Positions 8,798 through 17,885 of a stretch of DNA of 31,937 bases are shown here, piece after piece; the stretch's first letter is position 1, and the number at the start of each line of letters is the position of its first letter. Under the pieces are notes generated by a model. That model did not search any database. It saw only the letters and a list, made by a program, of their open reading frames with translations, and had not been told where the DNA came from. The stretch is from the IMG/VR virus record IMGVR_UViG_3300027896_000139, positions 1 through 31,937 of that record; one strand, 5' to 3'. The position numbers and the translations under genes were made by a program. This DNA is from a virus. Lineage: Duplodnaviria > Caudoviricetes.

Positions 8798-9329
8798 TCT
8801 CTTTCTTTATAATAGCATAACGCTCTTCTACTGTACCTACTAACTTTACTACATTGTTAATTTTGAATTGCTCAATATAAAAATCAAACAATTCAATAAT
8901 TTTGTTTCTAAAGTTAACATCATCACTTCTCACACCATCATTAACTAAAGGTATAGATGGGTCAGTATAAAAAATAATATCATATTGATGCAAAAGTTTT
9001 TTACAAATATACTCAGCATAATAACCCAACTCTTTATCACATTTATTTGTATATGCCAAGTAAGTAGTATAAACTAAAGCATCTAAACAACTTCTATCAA
9101 ATACACAATTCTTACCCCTATTCTTCAAATAGTTATCTACATGACTATGAATAGTAATAATTTGAGTAAAATTATCACCATCTTCGTTAATGCTGAGATT
9201 ATACTTAGATTTTAAATCTCTTGTTATTTCAGCTTCAAAAATCCAATCGCTAAACAATTTATCCCCCTGCATTTTAGCAAGAAGAGTACTTTTACCCGAA
9301 CTTTGAGCTCCTGTAAATGCAATTAACAT
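8778..9329 (-). CDS. P-loop nucleotide kinase/ATPase (AAA_28 / NadR-like)
   Basis: IAFTGAQSSGKSTLL Walker A, VFDRSCLDALVY, YDIIFY, DGVR. Confidence 0.8.
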   Translation of the reverse strand: MLIAFTGAQSSGKSTLLAKMQGDKLFSDWIFEAEITRDLKSKYNLSINEDGDNFTQIITIHSHVDNYLKNRGKNCVFDRSCLDALVYTTYLAYTNKCDKELGYYAEYICKKLLHQYDIIFYTDPSIPLVNDGVRSDDVNFRNKIIELFDFYIEQFKINNVVKLVGTVEERYAIIKKEIENCNK

Positions 9330-10129
9330 CTTTTTAGAATTTCTTTGAACTTAATTGTATTATACATAATTTCCTGTAACTGTGTATCTGTAACAGTGGT
9401 GTCAATTAAGTCAGCAAGTTTAACGCTTGGCTTATCTTGAAGACCAAGATCACCATTATATCGAAGACCTTGCAAACCAGCAACTACTGGGTTAGAAGTG
9501 TCAACACTACGAATGTTTACAATGTTCTTATCTACATAATATCTAAACTCTCTAGCAAGTGAGCAGCCGAGTAAGTGGTGAGGTTTTGACCAATTCCAAA
9601 CACCCTCGTTGATAAGGTCATTAATAAATTTTTGACGGCCGTAGCAATATCTTTCAAGCTTTGTTTTACCCTTACCTGTGTAAAGATAGTACGAATAATC
9701 AAAACTGATTGCAATATAATCAGCATATTCACTCATGTACTTGTAAACATCAAGCAATTCATCAAATGATCTACCCTGAATTGCACCAATCTTAAGTCCA
9801 GGCAAGTTTGTGTATTTCTTTGCAAATTGTGCAAAGCTTTGCACTGTGGCATAACCATCTTCAAGTACATCTGGTACAATGTAGTAGCTTGGTTTTAACT
9901 CGTTGATATAATTTGCAAACTTATCACCGTCAAAAGCCGTGCCGAGTTCAAAAATACTGTTATCGAGTAATACGCTGCGGCCAGTGGATATACTCGACTT
10001 AAAAAAATCATAATATGTTGGGAACTTTTCAAATAAATGTACTAACGCGTAATCATAGTCATTATATGATAATGACTGTTGCAACAATGTTATTGGAGAC
10101 TCGTGTGAAACAAGGATTTTATGTGACAT
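9323..10129 (-). CDS. TGT/DpdA-fold 7-deazaguanine transglycosylase-like protein (DpdA3-like)
   Basis: TGT-like motifs in order: LLDNSIFE, IVPDVLED, GAIQG, HHLLG, RSVDTSNP; adjacent to queF. Start moved to ATG 10129, which has a promoter upstream and avoids overlap with the 10182 gene. Confidence 0.72.
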   Translation of the reverse strand: MSHKILVSHESPITLLQQSLSYNDYDYALVHLFEKFPTYYDFFKSSISTGRSVLLDNSIFELGTAFDGDKFANYINELKPSYYIVPDVLEDGYATVQSFAQFAKKYTNLPGLKIGAIQGRSFDELLDVYKYMSEYADYIAISFDYSYYLYTGKGKTKLERYCYGRQKFINDLINEGVWNWSKPHHLLGCSLAREFRYYVDKNIVNIRSVDTSNPVVAGLQGLRYNGDLGLQDKPSVKLADLIDTTVTDTQLQEIMYNTIKFKEILKRC

Positions 10130-10135
10130 ACTGAT

Positions 10136-10162
10136 ATTATAACTACTGTTTGATAAAATCAA
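10136..10162 (-). promoter_or_regulatory. Sigma70-like promoter TTGATT-N15-TATAAT
   Basis: -10 element 6 nt before ATG 10129; the spacer is short. Confidence 0.5.
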
Positions 10163-10170
10163 TGTTCTGT

Positions 10171-10176
10171 TAAATA
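10171..10176 (+). promoter_or_regulatory. T4-late-like promoter core TAAATA
   Basis: 5 nt before ATG 10182. Confidence 0.6.
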
Positions 10177-10181
10177 TTAAT

Positions 10182-11012
10182 ATGCCATCTATATCAATTT
10201 TAGGTTTCAAAATTAACATAGTTATACCTAAATTCCAGTTACCGCAAATTATACCCAGAATTAAGTTACCAACTTTACCACTCTCATTGGTAGCATTAAA
10301 AACTTATATTTCAAAAATTTCGTTACCTTCATTTTCAGATATTGCGGGTAAATTGTCAAAGATAGGTGCAAGTTTAACAGCTGCATTAACCCCTTTGCAG
10401 CAACAGTTATCAACTTTAGCTAACAACGTAGTAACAAAAGCTCCTGGAAATATTGTAGGGTTTATTGGTAATACTTTACAGAATTCTATAAACGGGTTTA
10501 CTAATATTGCAACGGGGTTGATACAAAACGCAGTTAATAATGCAGTGGGTGCAATAAACTCTGCTGTAACTGTTGTTGGTAAGGTTTTAAATTTGCCAGC
10601 AACTGTAAGTTCAACCGTCGCATCTCAACTATCAAGGGTTTCAAGTTTTTTTAGTAATCAAAGTAAAGGTGTGAATTCGTTGGTGCAGCAAGAATTAAAT
10701 TTAATTTCCGGGCATGTTTCAAGCATTTTAAAAGTTAGTTCGATTACTGCAACTGTTCAAGCTAACATGGCAAAACAAATAAACACTGTAATATCATCAA
10801 ATAACCAAATTAAAAAATTAGCAGAAAACAACACTCAAACGCAACAGTTAGCTAGCACTGTAGCTCAAAATGCAATAAATGCTAGTGTCCCATCTATTGC
10901 AAGTATGTTAGGTAGTACTATAGATTCAAACCTTGTTGTTAACCAAATTAAACAATCTCCGGTACCAAATGTATTAGTTATAGATACAATCACATATTAT
11001 TATTCAGCATGA
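10182..11012 (+). CDS. Hypothetical S/N/V/A-rich protein, coupled to the spike gene
   Basis: 276-aa ORF with an ATGA overlap into the gp5-like gene; almost no acidic residues. Confidence 0.7.
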   Translation: MPSISILGFKINIVIPKFQLPQIIPRIKLPTLPLSLVALKTYISKISLPSFSDIAGKLSKIGASLTAALTPLQQQLSTLANNVVTKAPGNIVGFIGNTLQNSINGFTNIATGLIQNAVNNAVGAINSAVTVVGKVLNLPATVSSTVASQLSRVSSFFSNQSKGVNSLVQQELNLISGHVSSILKVSSITATVQANMAKQINTVISSNNQIKKLAENNTQTQQLASTVAQNAINASVPSIASMLGSTIDSNLVVNQIKQSPVPNVLVIDTITYYYSA

Positions 11013-13483
11013 TCACTAAAAAAGATTTCAAAAAGTTTTACGGTAATTACGTCGGTATAGTTGTACAGAATGACGATCCAGATCGTGCAGGCAAAGTTAA
11101 AGTTTTTGTTCCGCATGTTTCGGCCACTGTTTATAAGAACTGGGTTGGTAATAGAATAAACAAAAAATTTAGATTTATTGGTGGTAATATTGATAACACT
11201 ATCCAAGAATCTTTATCTGGTACAAACGGCACAACAGAAGGCTTGACACCAATTATTGAGGAGTTGAAGGTTGTCTTACCTTGGGCCCAACGTGCTGCTC
11301 CACTTACTAGTGAAGATGGTTCAGGTCGTTTTAATAACTATAATAACTTTGCTAACATTTCAGATGCTAATTTTTATAGCTCGTTTTCTCAATCAACATT
11401 AAGTGCTCTTAACACCCCAGGTAAGCCAGGTGCATTTTTTGAATTGCCTCAAAATCGTCTTACTGATGCATTTGTCAATCCGGTAAATAATATAAACAAC
11501 CCTAACCCGTTAGCTTACGAATATGTACCGAGCACGTATTCGAACAGAGCAAAAGGTACGTTTGGTGTCCCTGATGTTGGTGCTCACGTTTGGGTGTTCT
11601 TCATTGATGGTAACCCGGCACTACCAGTTTATTTTGCTGTATCACATGGTATTACTGATTGGCAAGGTATTTACAATAACTATAATAATCCTGGTATTGA
11701 TTACCCTGAAACATTTGAAAATAGAAATAGTTCAAATACTCCTCATGATGTAAATGTTGAAACATATAGAAACAAATACGTTATAAATCAAAAAGGTGGG
11801 ACTGTAGAAATTACTAATACGGATTTAAATGAAAAGATAAAATTTACACATTACTCTGGTTCATTTAAAGAGTTTAACAATACTGCTACAATTGAATTAG
11901 CTACAAATAATAATCAAAAATTGGTACTTAATGATGATTATGAAACTGTAAGGGGGTTTAAAAATGAATATGTTGGTAAAAGTTTAGATGAAAATATTTT
12001 AAGAGATAGATATTTAAAAGTGGGTAGTTTAAGTGCTGCACAAGCATTTCAAGATTGGAAAGATTTATACACACCAATTCAAGATAATAAACAGTTATTT
12101 GAAATTCAAAGAACAACACCGAACAATGTAGTAGACCAGTTAGGTCATGTTGTTATTAAAAGGAATAGTTTGTTGCAAACAAAAATAGGTACACCTGCAC
12201 CTCACCCCGCTATAAATCAAACTTTATACTCAATTAATGATAATTCAATTGGGGTTCAAACTGAAATTTTAGAAGCTCAGTTAAACGTATCATCAAGTCT
12301 TGTTAACGGTCCTCTTTTATTAAAGTTACCATCGTTACCTGCTACACCAACAGTGTTTCCAAGTTTAGGTAACTATACACAAGAAAGTGGAATAGTATGG
12401 TCCGGGGTACCAGGTCAAAGTACTTCTTCTCAAGATGGTGTTTGGGTTCCAGATCCTCGAAAGGCTTTAATTAAAGAATTAACAGAAGCTATTATATCTC
12501 CATTGACTGAAATTGAAAAAAATTTAGGTATCGGTGGTAGCGAAATTATACAAATAGCTAAACATAAAATTGAAACTATTGGTATGGTTGTTAATGATTT
12601 TGGTAGTATTCGTTTTGATAATGTAGGTAAAATGGTACCAAGTGAAATGTTAATTGATACACTTGGCACATATACCGATTACAGTGCAAGTCCTTTGATT
12701 GAATTGGTACATGTACAGGATTTACCAGGTGGTGATTACACTCTAAACGTTTGCAACAGATATAACGTAATGGTTGGTGCTGGTGGATTAAACTTAAAGT
12801 CATTAGGACCAACAAACATTACAGGTACTGTAACCAATGTAACTGGTGAACAAGTTAATATATCAAGCGAAAATGAAGTTAATATTAACGCTGGGACAGT
12901 TAATATTTCAGCACAAATTTTAAGTTTAAGAAATACTAAACAGAAACAAATATTGATTCAAAATAGTTTAGGTGTAACGAATAACGTTGTCGTTGGTGGT
13001 TCAGTTTCAGTGGAAGGTGAATTGTTTGTGCAGCACGTTACTGCTCCAGCAGAGTATCAAGTAACACAAGCAACTACAACATTTGGTACAATGCAAGAGA
13101 ACACGGCATTTGGTGGTTTAGCAGTAATTGGTCCAATAAACGTACCATTACCTGGTCAATTACAAACCGATACATTGCAGTCATTAATTAGTCAAATTCC
13201 TGGTTTAGGTTTCTTAGCTGCATCCAATAATGGCAACACCAATATTTGCATCGCAGATTTGACTACAGGTTTAGTTAACGGTTATATTACAGCACCAATA
13301 TCAGTGTTGCTTGCCGGTCCAAGTTCACCTGACGCAATTGCAATTAGTGAGCATTCACATATTTTTAGAAACTTACCACTTACTCTACACGATGCAAATT
13401 CTGAAGTAAGAAAAGATGCACAAGAAATTAATCAAAATACAGGTCCGGTGCCTGCATCAAGAAGAGTCCATGGTGTAAAATAA
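11009..13483 (+). CDS. gp5: Baseplate hub/tail spike (gp5/VgrG OB-fold plus beta-helix)
   Basis: YVGIVVQNDDPDRAGKVKVFVP, PWA, VPDVGAHVWVFFIDGNPALPVY, HYSGSF.EF; beta-strand-like C-terminal part. Confidence 0.82.
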   Translation: MITKKDFKKFYGNYVGIVVQNDDPDRAGKVKVFVPHVSATVYKNWVGNRINKKFRFIGGNIDNTIQESLSGTNGTTEGLTPIIEELKVVLPWAQRAAPLTSEDGSGRFNNYNNFANISDANFYSSFSQSTLSALNTPGKPGAFFELPQNRLTDAFVNPVNNINNPNPLAYEYVPSTYSNRAKGTFGVPDVGAHVWVFFIDGNPALPVYFAVSHGITDWQGIYNNYNNPGIDYPETFENRNSSNTPHDVNVETYRNKYVINQKGGTVEITNTDLNEKIKFTHYSGSFKEFNNTATIELATNNNQKLVLNDDYETVRGFKNEYVGKSLDENILRDRYLKVGSLSAAQAFQDWKDLYTPIQDNKQLFEIQRTTPNNVVDQLGHVVIKRNSLLQTKIGTPAPHPAINQTLYSINDNSIGVQTEILEAQLNVSSSLVNGPLLLKLPSLPATPTVFPSLGNYTQESGIVWSGVPGQSTSSQDGVWVPDPRKALIKELTEAIISPLTEIEKNLGIGGSEIIQIAKHKIETIGMVVNDFGSIRFDNVGKMVPSEMLIDTLGTYTDYSASPLIELVHVQDLPGGDYTLNVCNRYNVMVGAGGLNLKSLGPTNITGTVTNVTGEQVNISSENEVNINAGTVNISAQILSLRNTKQKQILIQNSLGVTNNVVVGGSVSVEGELFVQHVTAPAEYQVTQATTTFGTMQENTAFGGLAVIGPINVPLPGQLQTDTLQSLISQIPGLGFLAASNNGNTNICIADLTTGLVNGYITAPISVLLAGPSSPDAIAISEHSHIFRNLPLTLHDANSEVRKDAQEINQNTGPVPASRRVHGVK

Positions 13484-13508
13484 AGGGGAGAGATTTCTCT
13501 CTCCCCTT
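13483..13508. terminator. Terminator hairpin between convergent genes
   Basis: AAGGGGAGAGA-TTTC-TCTCTCCCCTT, 11-bp perfect stem; GAAA loop on the minus strand. Confidence 0.85.
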
Positions 13509-13518
13509 ATACAAACAA

Positions 13519-13917
13519 TTAATCGATTTCGATTAACTTTTTACCCCCATTCTCCACCTTGTTCTTCGGAAAGACCAATGTGAGAACGCCGTCAACTTGA
13601 GTTGCTTTTGCCTTGTCAATATTGTATGTATTGTTCACGGTAAAGCTACGGCTATATGTTTCTTCAGACTCACCACCTTTATGAATTAATTTGCGTGTAC
13701 CTTCAATTGAAACTAATCTACCTTCAACGGTGACTTTAGTTTTATCTTTTGGTACACCAGGTAGATCTACTTCAACTGTAAGATCATCGCCTTCTTTAAA
13801 CCTTACCGTATCTCCGGTACGTGAAACGTCCCCCCAAAAGAATGGGTGACGTGCTAAGTTTCTCTCGAATAATTGATCCATGAGAGAAAATGGATCTTGT
13901 TTTGATATATAGTTCAT
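13519..13917 (-). CDS. hsp20: Small heat-shock protein (Hsp20/alpha-crystallin)
   Basis: VEVDLPGV.KD..KVTVEG..V.IEG.R, YSRSF, A...DGVLTLVFPK. Confidence 0.93.
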   Translation of the reverse strand: MNYISKQDPFSLMDQLFERNLARHPFFWGDVSRTGDTVRFKEGDDLTVEVDLPGVPKDKTKVTVEGRLVSIEGTRKLIHKGGESEETYSRSFTVNNTYNIDKAKATQVDGVLTLVFPKNKVENGGKKLIEID

Positions 13918-13958
13918 AGTTAGTTTGCGGTTTATTATAGTAAGTTAGACCGCAACAA

Positions 13959-13966
13959 TATTTATA
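13959..13966 (-). promoter_or_regulatory. T4 late promoter consensus TATAAATA upstream of hsp20
   Basis: Exact consensus 41 nt before the ATG, followed by a hairpin. Confidence 0.55.
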
Positions 13967-13995
13967 TTACCAAACCAATAAAAAACAACCAGGTT

Positions 13996-15648
13996 TTACG
14001 CTTCGCAGCTAGAGCAAGTTAAGATTGAACGAGCTAATTCTTGCGCTGGGTTAGCTGAACGCTGGTAATAAAGACTCTTAATACCATTCTCCCAAGCAAA
14101 GATAATTAACTCATTAACGTCTTTTGGCTTAGTATTAGGTGGAATCATTAAGTTAAGTGACTGACCTTGGTCAATATATTTTTGACGAGCTGCAGCCTGA
14201 ATAACTATTTCTTTCTGGCTTATTTCACCAAATGTCTTAAACACGTCCTTTTCTTCTTGAGTAAGAAACTCTAAATGCTGCACCGAACCACCCTTAACAA
14301 GAATAGCTTTCCAAACAGCATCAGTATTCTTACCTTTCTTTTCTAACAATGCTTCTAGAAAAGGGTTCTTATATGTAAACTTACCCTTAGCTAAATCCTT
14401 TACAAAGTAATTTGAGTTAAGAGGTTCAATAGAAGGAGATGCTTGACCGAGAATAAATGAACTCGATGTTGTTGGGGCAACAGCTAGTGTTGTTACATTA
14501 CGGCGGCCATAACCTTTTAATAATGCTGGTTCACCATACTCTTTTGCAAGTTGTTCAGTGGCTTTATCTGCTCTATTACGAACAAACTTCCAGATTTGTG
14601 TATTAAGAAACTTTGCTTCCATTGACTCAAATGCAATCATCTTTGATTGAAGGTATGTATGCCAACCAAGTGCACCAATACCAAGAGCTCTTTGTCTAAT
14701 AGCAAAGTTTCTTGGATGTTGCATGAATACCATATTTTCTGTTTTGTCGATAAACTCAGTCATTACTGCATCTAGAAAATAAACAAGTGTTTCAACTGCA
14801 TCTGTTTCTTTCCATTCATCATACTTTTCAAAGTTAAGTGATGACAAATCGCAAACAAAAGATTCGTCAACACCATTTGAAAGCATAATTTCTGTACAAA
14901 GGTTGCTGTGATGAATTTTCAGTCCTTTGTCTTTATATACCTGTGGGGCTTGCTTATTAGCGTTGTTAGTAAAGAATATGTACGGGTACCCTGACTCAAA
15001 ACGTTTCTTGATTACTAGACCCCAAAAACGGCGCTTTTCTTTATCACCACCTAGCATATCTTTTAACCACTTGTCATCGACACAAACACCAATGGAAAGG
15101 TTTTGAATTGAATCACCTTCCTTACGAATGTTGAGAAACTCTTCAATATCCTTATGATCAATAGGTAGATACGCTGCAAAAGAGCCTCGACGTACATTAC
15201 CTTGTGAAATATAATCAGTTAACGACTCAAAAACGGTGAGCTGGTGGTGTACACCAGTTGACTCACCACCAGAACCAATTAGAGCTCCACGGGGGCGGAT
15301 AGCACCGAAATACCCTGATGTGCCGCCACCAGATTTTGACATCGTACCCACCTCACCCATCTTAAACAAAATAGCGTCCATATCATCGTCTACATACGAA
15401 CCAAAACACGAAATGGGTAAACCGCGTTTACGTCCAAAGTTAGCCCAGATTGGTGATGCCAAAGAATAAAACCCTTTATGCATATAACCTTCAAATTTAT
15501 CTGCAAACCCTTTAAGCTTAAGATAATCTTCAGCTGTCTCAGCTATATCTCTTATACGCTTTTCGGCAGTCTCTCCGTCCAGGAGATAGCCACGTTCAAG
15601 GAATTTGCGAGAGTCGCTATTCAGCCAGTAAATGTTCTTGTTAATCAT
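13996..15648 (-). CDS. nrdA: Ribonucleotide reductase alpha subunit (class I, no ATP-cone)
   Basis: PISCF, SNLCTEI, FVCDLSS, APTTSSS, DQGQSLN, KSLYYQRS, C-terminal CSSCEA. Confidence 0.97.
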   Translation of the reverse strand: MINKNIYWLNSDSRKFLERGYLLDGETAEKRIRDIAETAEDYLKLKGFADKFEGYMHKGFYSLASPIWANFGRKRGLPISCFGSYVDDDMDAILFKMGEVGTMSKSGGGTSGYFGAIRPRGALIGSGGESTGVHHQLTVFESLTDYISQGNVRRGSFAAYLPIDHKDIEEFLNIRKEGDSIQNLSIGVCVDDKWLKDMLGGDKEKRRFWGLVIKKRFESGYPYIFFTNNANKQAPQVYKDKGLKIHHSNLCTEIMLSNGVDESFVCDLSSLNFEKYDEWKETDAVETLVYFLDAVMTEFIDKTENMVFMQHPRNFAIRQRALGIGALGWHTYLQSKMIAFESMEAKFLNTQIWKFVRNRADKATEQLAKEYGEPALLKGYGRRNVTTLAVAPTTSSSFILGQASPSIEPLNSNYFVKDLAKGKFTYKNPFLEALLEKKGKNTDAVWKAILVKGGSVQHLEFLTQEEKDVFKTFGEISQKEIVIQAAARQKYIDQGQSLNLMIPPNTKPKDVNELIIFAWENGIKSLYYQRSANPAQELARSILTCSSCEA

Positions 15649-15656
15649 AGTTATAG

Positions 15657-15664
15657 TATTTATA
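15657..15664 (-). promoter_or_regulatory. TATAAATA promoter motif
   Basis: 8 nt before the nrdA ATG. Confidence 0.55.
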
Positions 15665-15687
15665 GTGTTTATATTATATTATTTTTG

Positions 15688-16335
15688 TTAATTTTCAAGA
15701 AATAGCTTCGCTTCTTTTCGTTTTTGCCAAGCTAATCTCATTTTTTCTTTTGTTTCATCAGAGCGCTTTTGACCTCTCATCTTTTCGAGAGTTTTCGCGT
15801 GATGTTTTTTGCCTAGCATTCCATCTCCGAGATTTTTCTTAGGGTTAATGATATGAGTAAGTCTTTTTCTGGTTGCTGAAAGCTTTGCTCTTGCTTCTTT
15901 AGACATTAGTTTTCCTCTTTGAGATTCTCTTATTTTTTCTATTGTTTCTTTAGTATGTTTTTTACCTTTAAATCCACCAGTCCTGCCCCTTTGACCATCT
16001 GATATACGCTTTCTATGCTCCTCTGATAATGGTACACCTTTATGTGATTTAGATAATTTTTGCTTAGTATATTCTGAGTGCTCGGTAAATGGAGCTTCTA
16101 AACCAGACATCCATTTATACGCTCTATAATCACCCGGATGTCCGTTTATCTTCCACAATAAATAATGCGCTATAATGTGCTCCCTTAATGTTAAATATGT
16201 ACAATTATCATCAACGTACTCACCCCCTTGATGACCTGGTTTTATCCTATGCCGGAATAACATTTTATTGTTTTTCCATTCCGTTACTAAATGTGAACGA
16301 GACGCAACCAATCTATCATAAACTTCTTTGTACAT
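15688..16335 (-). mobile_element. Free-standing HNH homing endonuclease with NUMOD3 repeats
   Basis: HRIKPGHQGG..DDNCTYLTLREHIIAHYLL, then repeats HSEYTKQKLS, HTKETIEKIR, RSDETKEKMR; TAAATA at 16343-16348. Confidence 0.88.
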
Positions 16336-16379
16336 GCATATATATTTATTATTCCCTAGCAGATCTTCATAGGTTTCTT

Positions 16380-17351
16380 TTAAAATAAATCATCCTCAGA
16401 GAATGATTGGTTTTTCTTAGAGTATTCTACGGGCCTAGAACTAAAAAAGTCGGTCATGTTGTTTCCAAGTAATTCCTCCGTAAACCAAAACGTTGACTTT
16501 ACGAGTTCTTTATCGATTTCAAATACGGTAGGGAAATTTATACCTTTGAGAGATTCATTTATTCTATCTTTGATAAACTCTTTAAGATGCTCAGCTGTAA
16601 GCCCATCTTCTTTTATACCATTAACCATCCATTCTACAATTTTTGCCTCACATTCGTAGGCCTCTTTTGCTTCTGATAAAATTCTTTGAATCAATTCATC
16701 ATCAAACAACTCAGGATATTCATCTCTAATAGTATTGATAATTTTCATACCAACCAAGGCATGAATATTCTCTTCGTTGCGAGTGTATTTCACTTGCTGG
16801 TCCGTATCTTTGAGTACGTTTTTGTTTCGTGCAAACCAGTTAATGATGTAGAACTGGCTCATTAACGAAACGTTCTCCACAAACAGAGTAAAAAGAATAA
16901 GAGCGTAAACATACTGCTTCTTAGTATCTTTATAAAAACGGTGTGTATACTTTTTAAGATAACTAACACGACCTTGTATCCATTCTAGTTTAAGGTTTTC
17001 TTCAAACACTTCTTCTAGACCTAACACGGTAAGTAATCTTTCATATGCATTGTTATGGATGACTTCTGTGTTAGCCATAACATATCCAAGATCTTGTAAA
17101 GCTGGGTGTGGTAAGTTTTCTCCTAACTTAGCCCAGAATGTCTTTACTGCCACTTCAATTTGACCAATAGCAGACAAAGTGCGAACAATAATTTCTCTTT
17201 CCTGGTCAGTCAACTTAACTTTAAATTGCTGAACATCTGATTTGAAACTAAATTCCTTGTCAGTCCAAAACCCATTATGCATTGATTCTATAAAATCTTC
17301 TGTCCAAGGATAATGGTTCGGTTTACGAGAAATTTGTTCTTCAAAAAGCAT
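16380..17351 (-). CDS. nrdB: Ribonucleotide reductase beta subunit (class Id-like)
   Basis: QIEVAVKTFW, EVIHNNAY, FVENVSL, EENIH, DFFSSRPVEYSK; TAAATA at 17360-17365. Confidence 0.96.
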   Translation of the reverse strand: MLFEEQISRKPNHYPWTEDFIESMHNGFWTDKEFSFKSDVQQFKVKLTDQEREIIVRTLSAIGQIEVAVKTFWAKLGENLPHPALQDLGYVMANTEVIHNNAYERLLTVLGLEEVFEENLKLEWIQGRVSYLKKYTHRFYKDTKKQYVYALILFTLFVENVSLMSQFYIINWFARNKNVLKDTDQQVKYTRNEENIHALVGMKIINTIRDEYPELFDDELIQRILSEAKEAYECEAKIVEWMVNGIKEDGLTAEHLKEFIKDRINESLKGINFPTVFEIDKELVKSTFWFTEELLGNNMTDFFSSRPVEYSKKNQSFSEDDLF

Positions 17352-17378
17352 AGGTAAATTATTTAATCTAATACCAAA

Positions 17379-17885
17379 TTACATCGTTAGTATGAATAAT
17401 TTCAAAGATGAAAATTTTTGAAAGTCGAATACCTTCTCGTCAATGCCTAGCAGGTGCTGAAAAATTTTTTTATCTGTATTGAAAGAATCCTCACAAATTG
17501 TCTTCAAATTATTGAAATCAATTGGATACATACCAGGAGAGAAAAGCGCATACGTCTCTTTACATGCAAAGTTGTATTGATTTAGTAAGTTTTCGTAAAC
17601 AACAAGATTCATTGCTAGTTTCTCTTGAGCAGCAATACCTCTATAAAGTTCCTTAATCTGGTGGTTTGGTGTTAATTTAAGCCCTTTTAACGCCACTGCA
17701 CTCTTTTTATCTTTACTAAAATGTAAAAACGATATCGGGTTGTATTTATCAACTAAGTTGATCCTTTTATTATCATATTCTGTTTTGATAATATATCCTA
17801 AAAATAGTAAAGGATATTCTTTCGTATCTATAATTTCAAAACATGATGTATTAACTGCATCGTTTACTAAATTGATATTAATCAT
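17379..17885 (-). CDS. Hypothetical protein
   Basis: 168-aa ORF with an ATGA overlap to the upstream gene. Confidence 0.75.
   Translation of the reverse strand: MININLVNDAVNTSCFEIIDTKEYPLLFLGYIIKTEYDNKRINLVDKYNPISFLHFSKDKKSAVALKGLKLTPNHQIKELYRGIAAQEKLAMNLVVYENLLNQYNFACKETYALFSPGMYPIDFNNLKTICEDSFNTDKKIFQHLLGIDEKVFDFQKFSSLKLFILTM

Noticed and set aside
8764-8800. preQ1 riboswitch upstream of queF
   Set aside because: No stem-loop with an A-rich tail; the region is the kinase 3' end plus a promoter.
10130-10219. N-terminal 30 aa of the 298-aa ORF
   Set aside because: It overlaps the divergent gene and both promoters; ATG 10129 is the better start.
15649-16379. Group I intron or split RNR gene around the endonuclease
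   Set aside because: nrdB and nrdA both look complete, and the flanks (about 40 nt each) are too short for a ribozyme.
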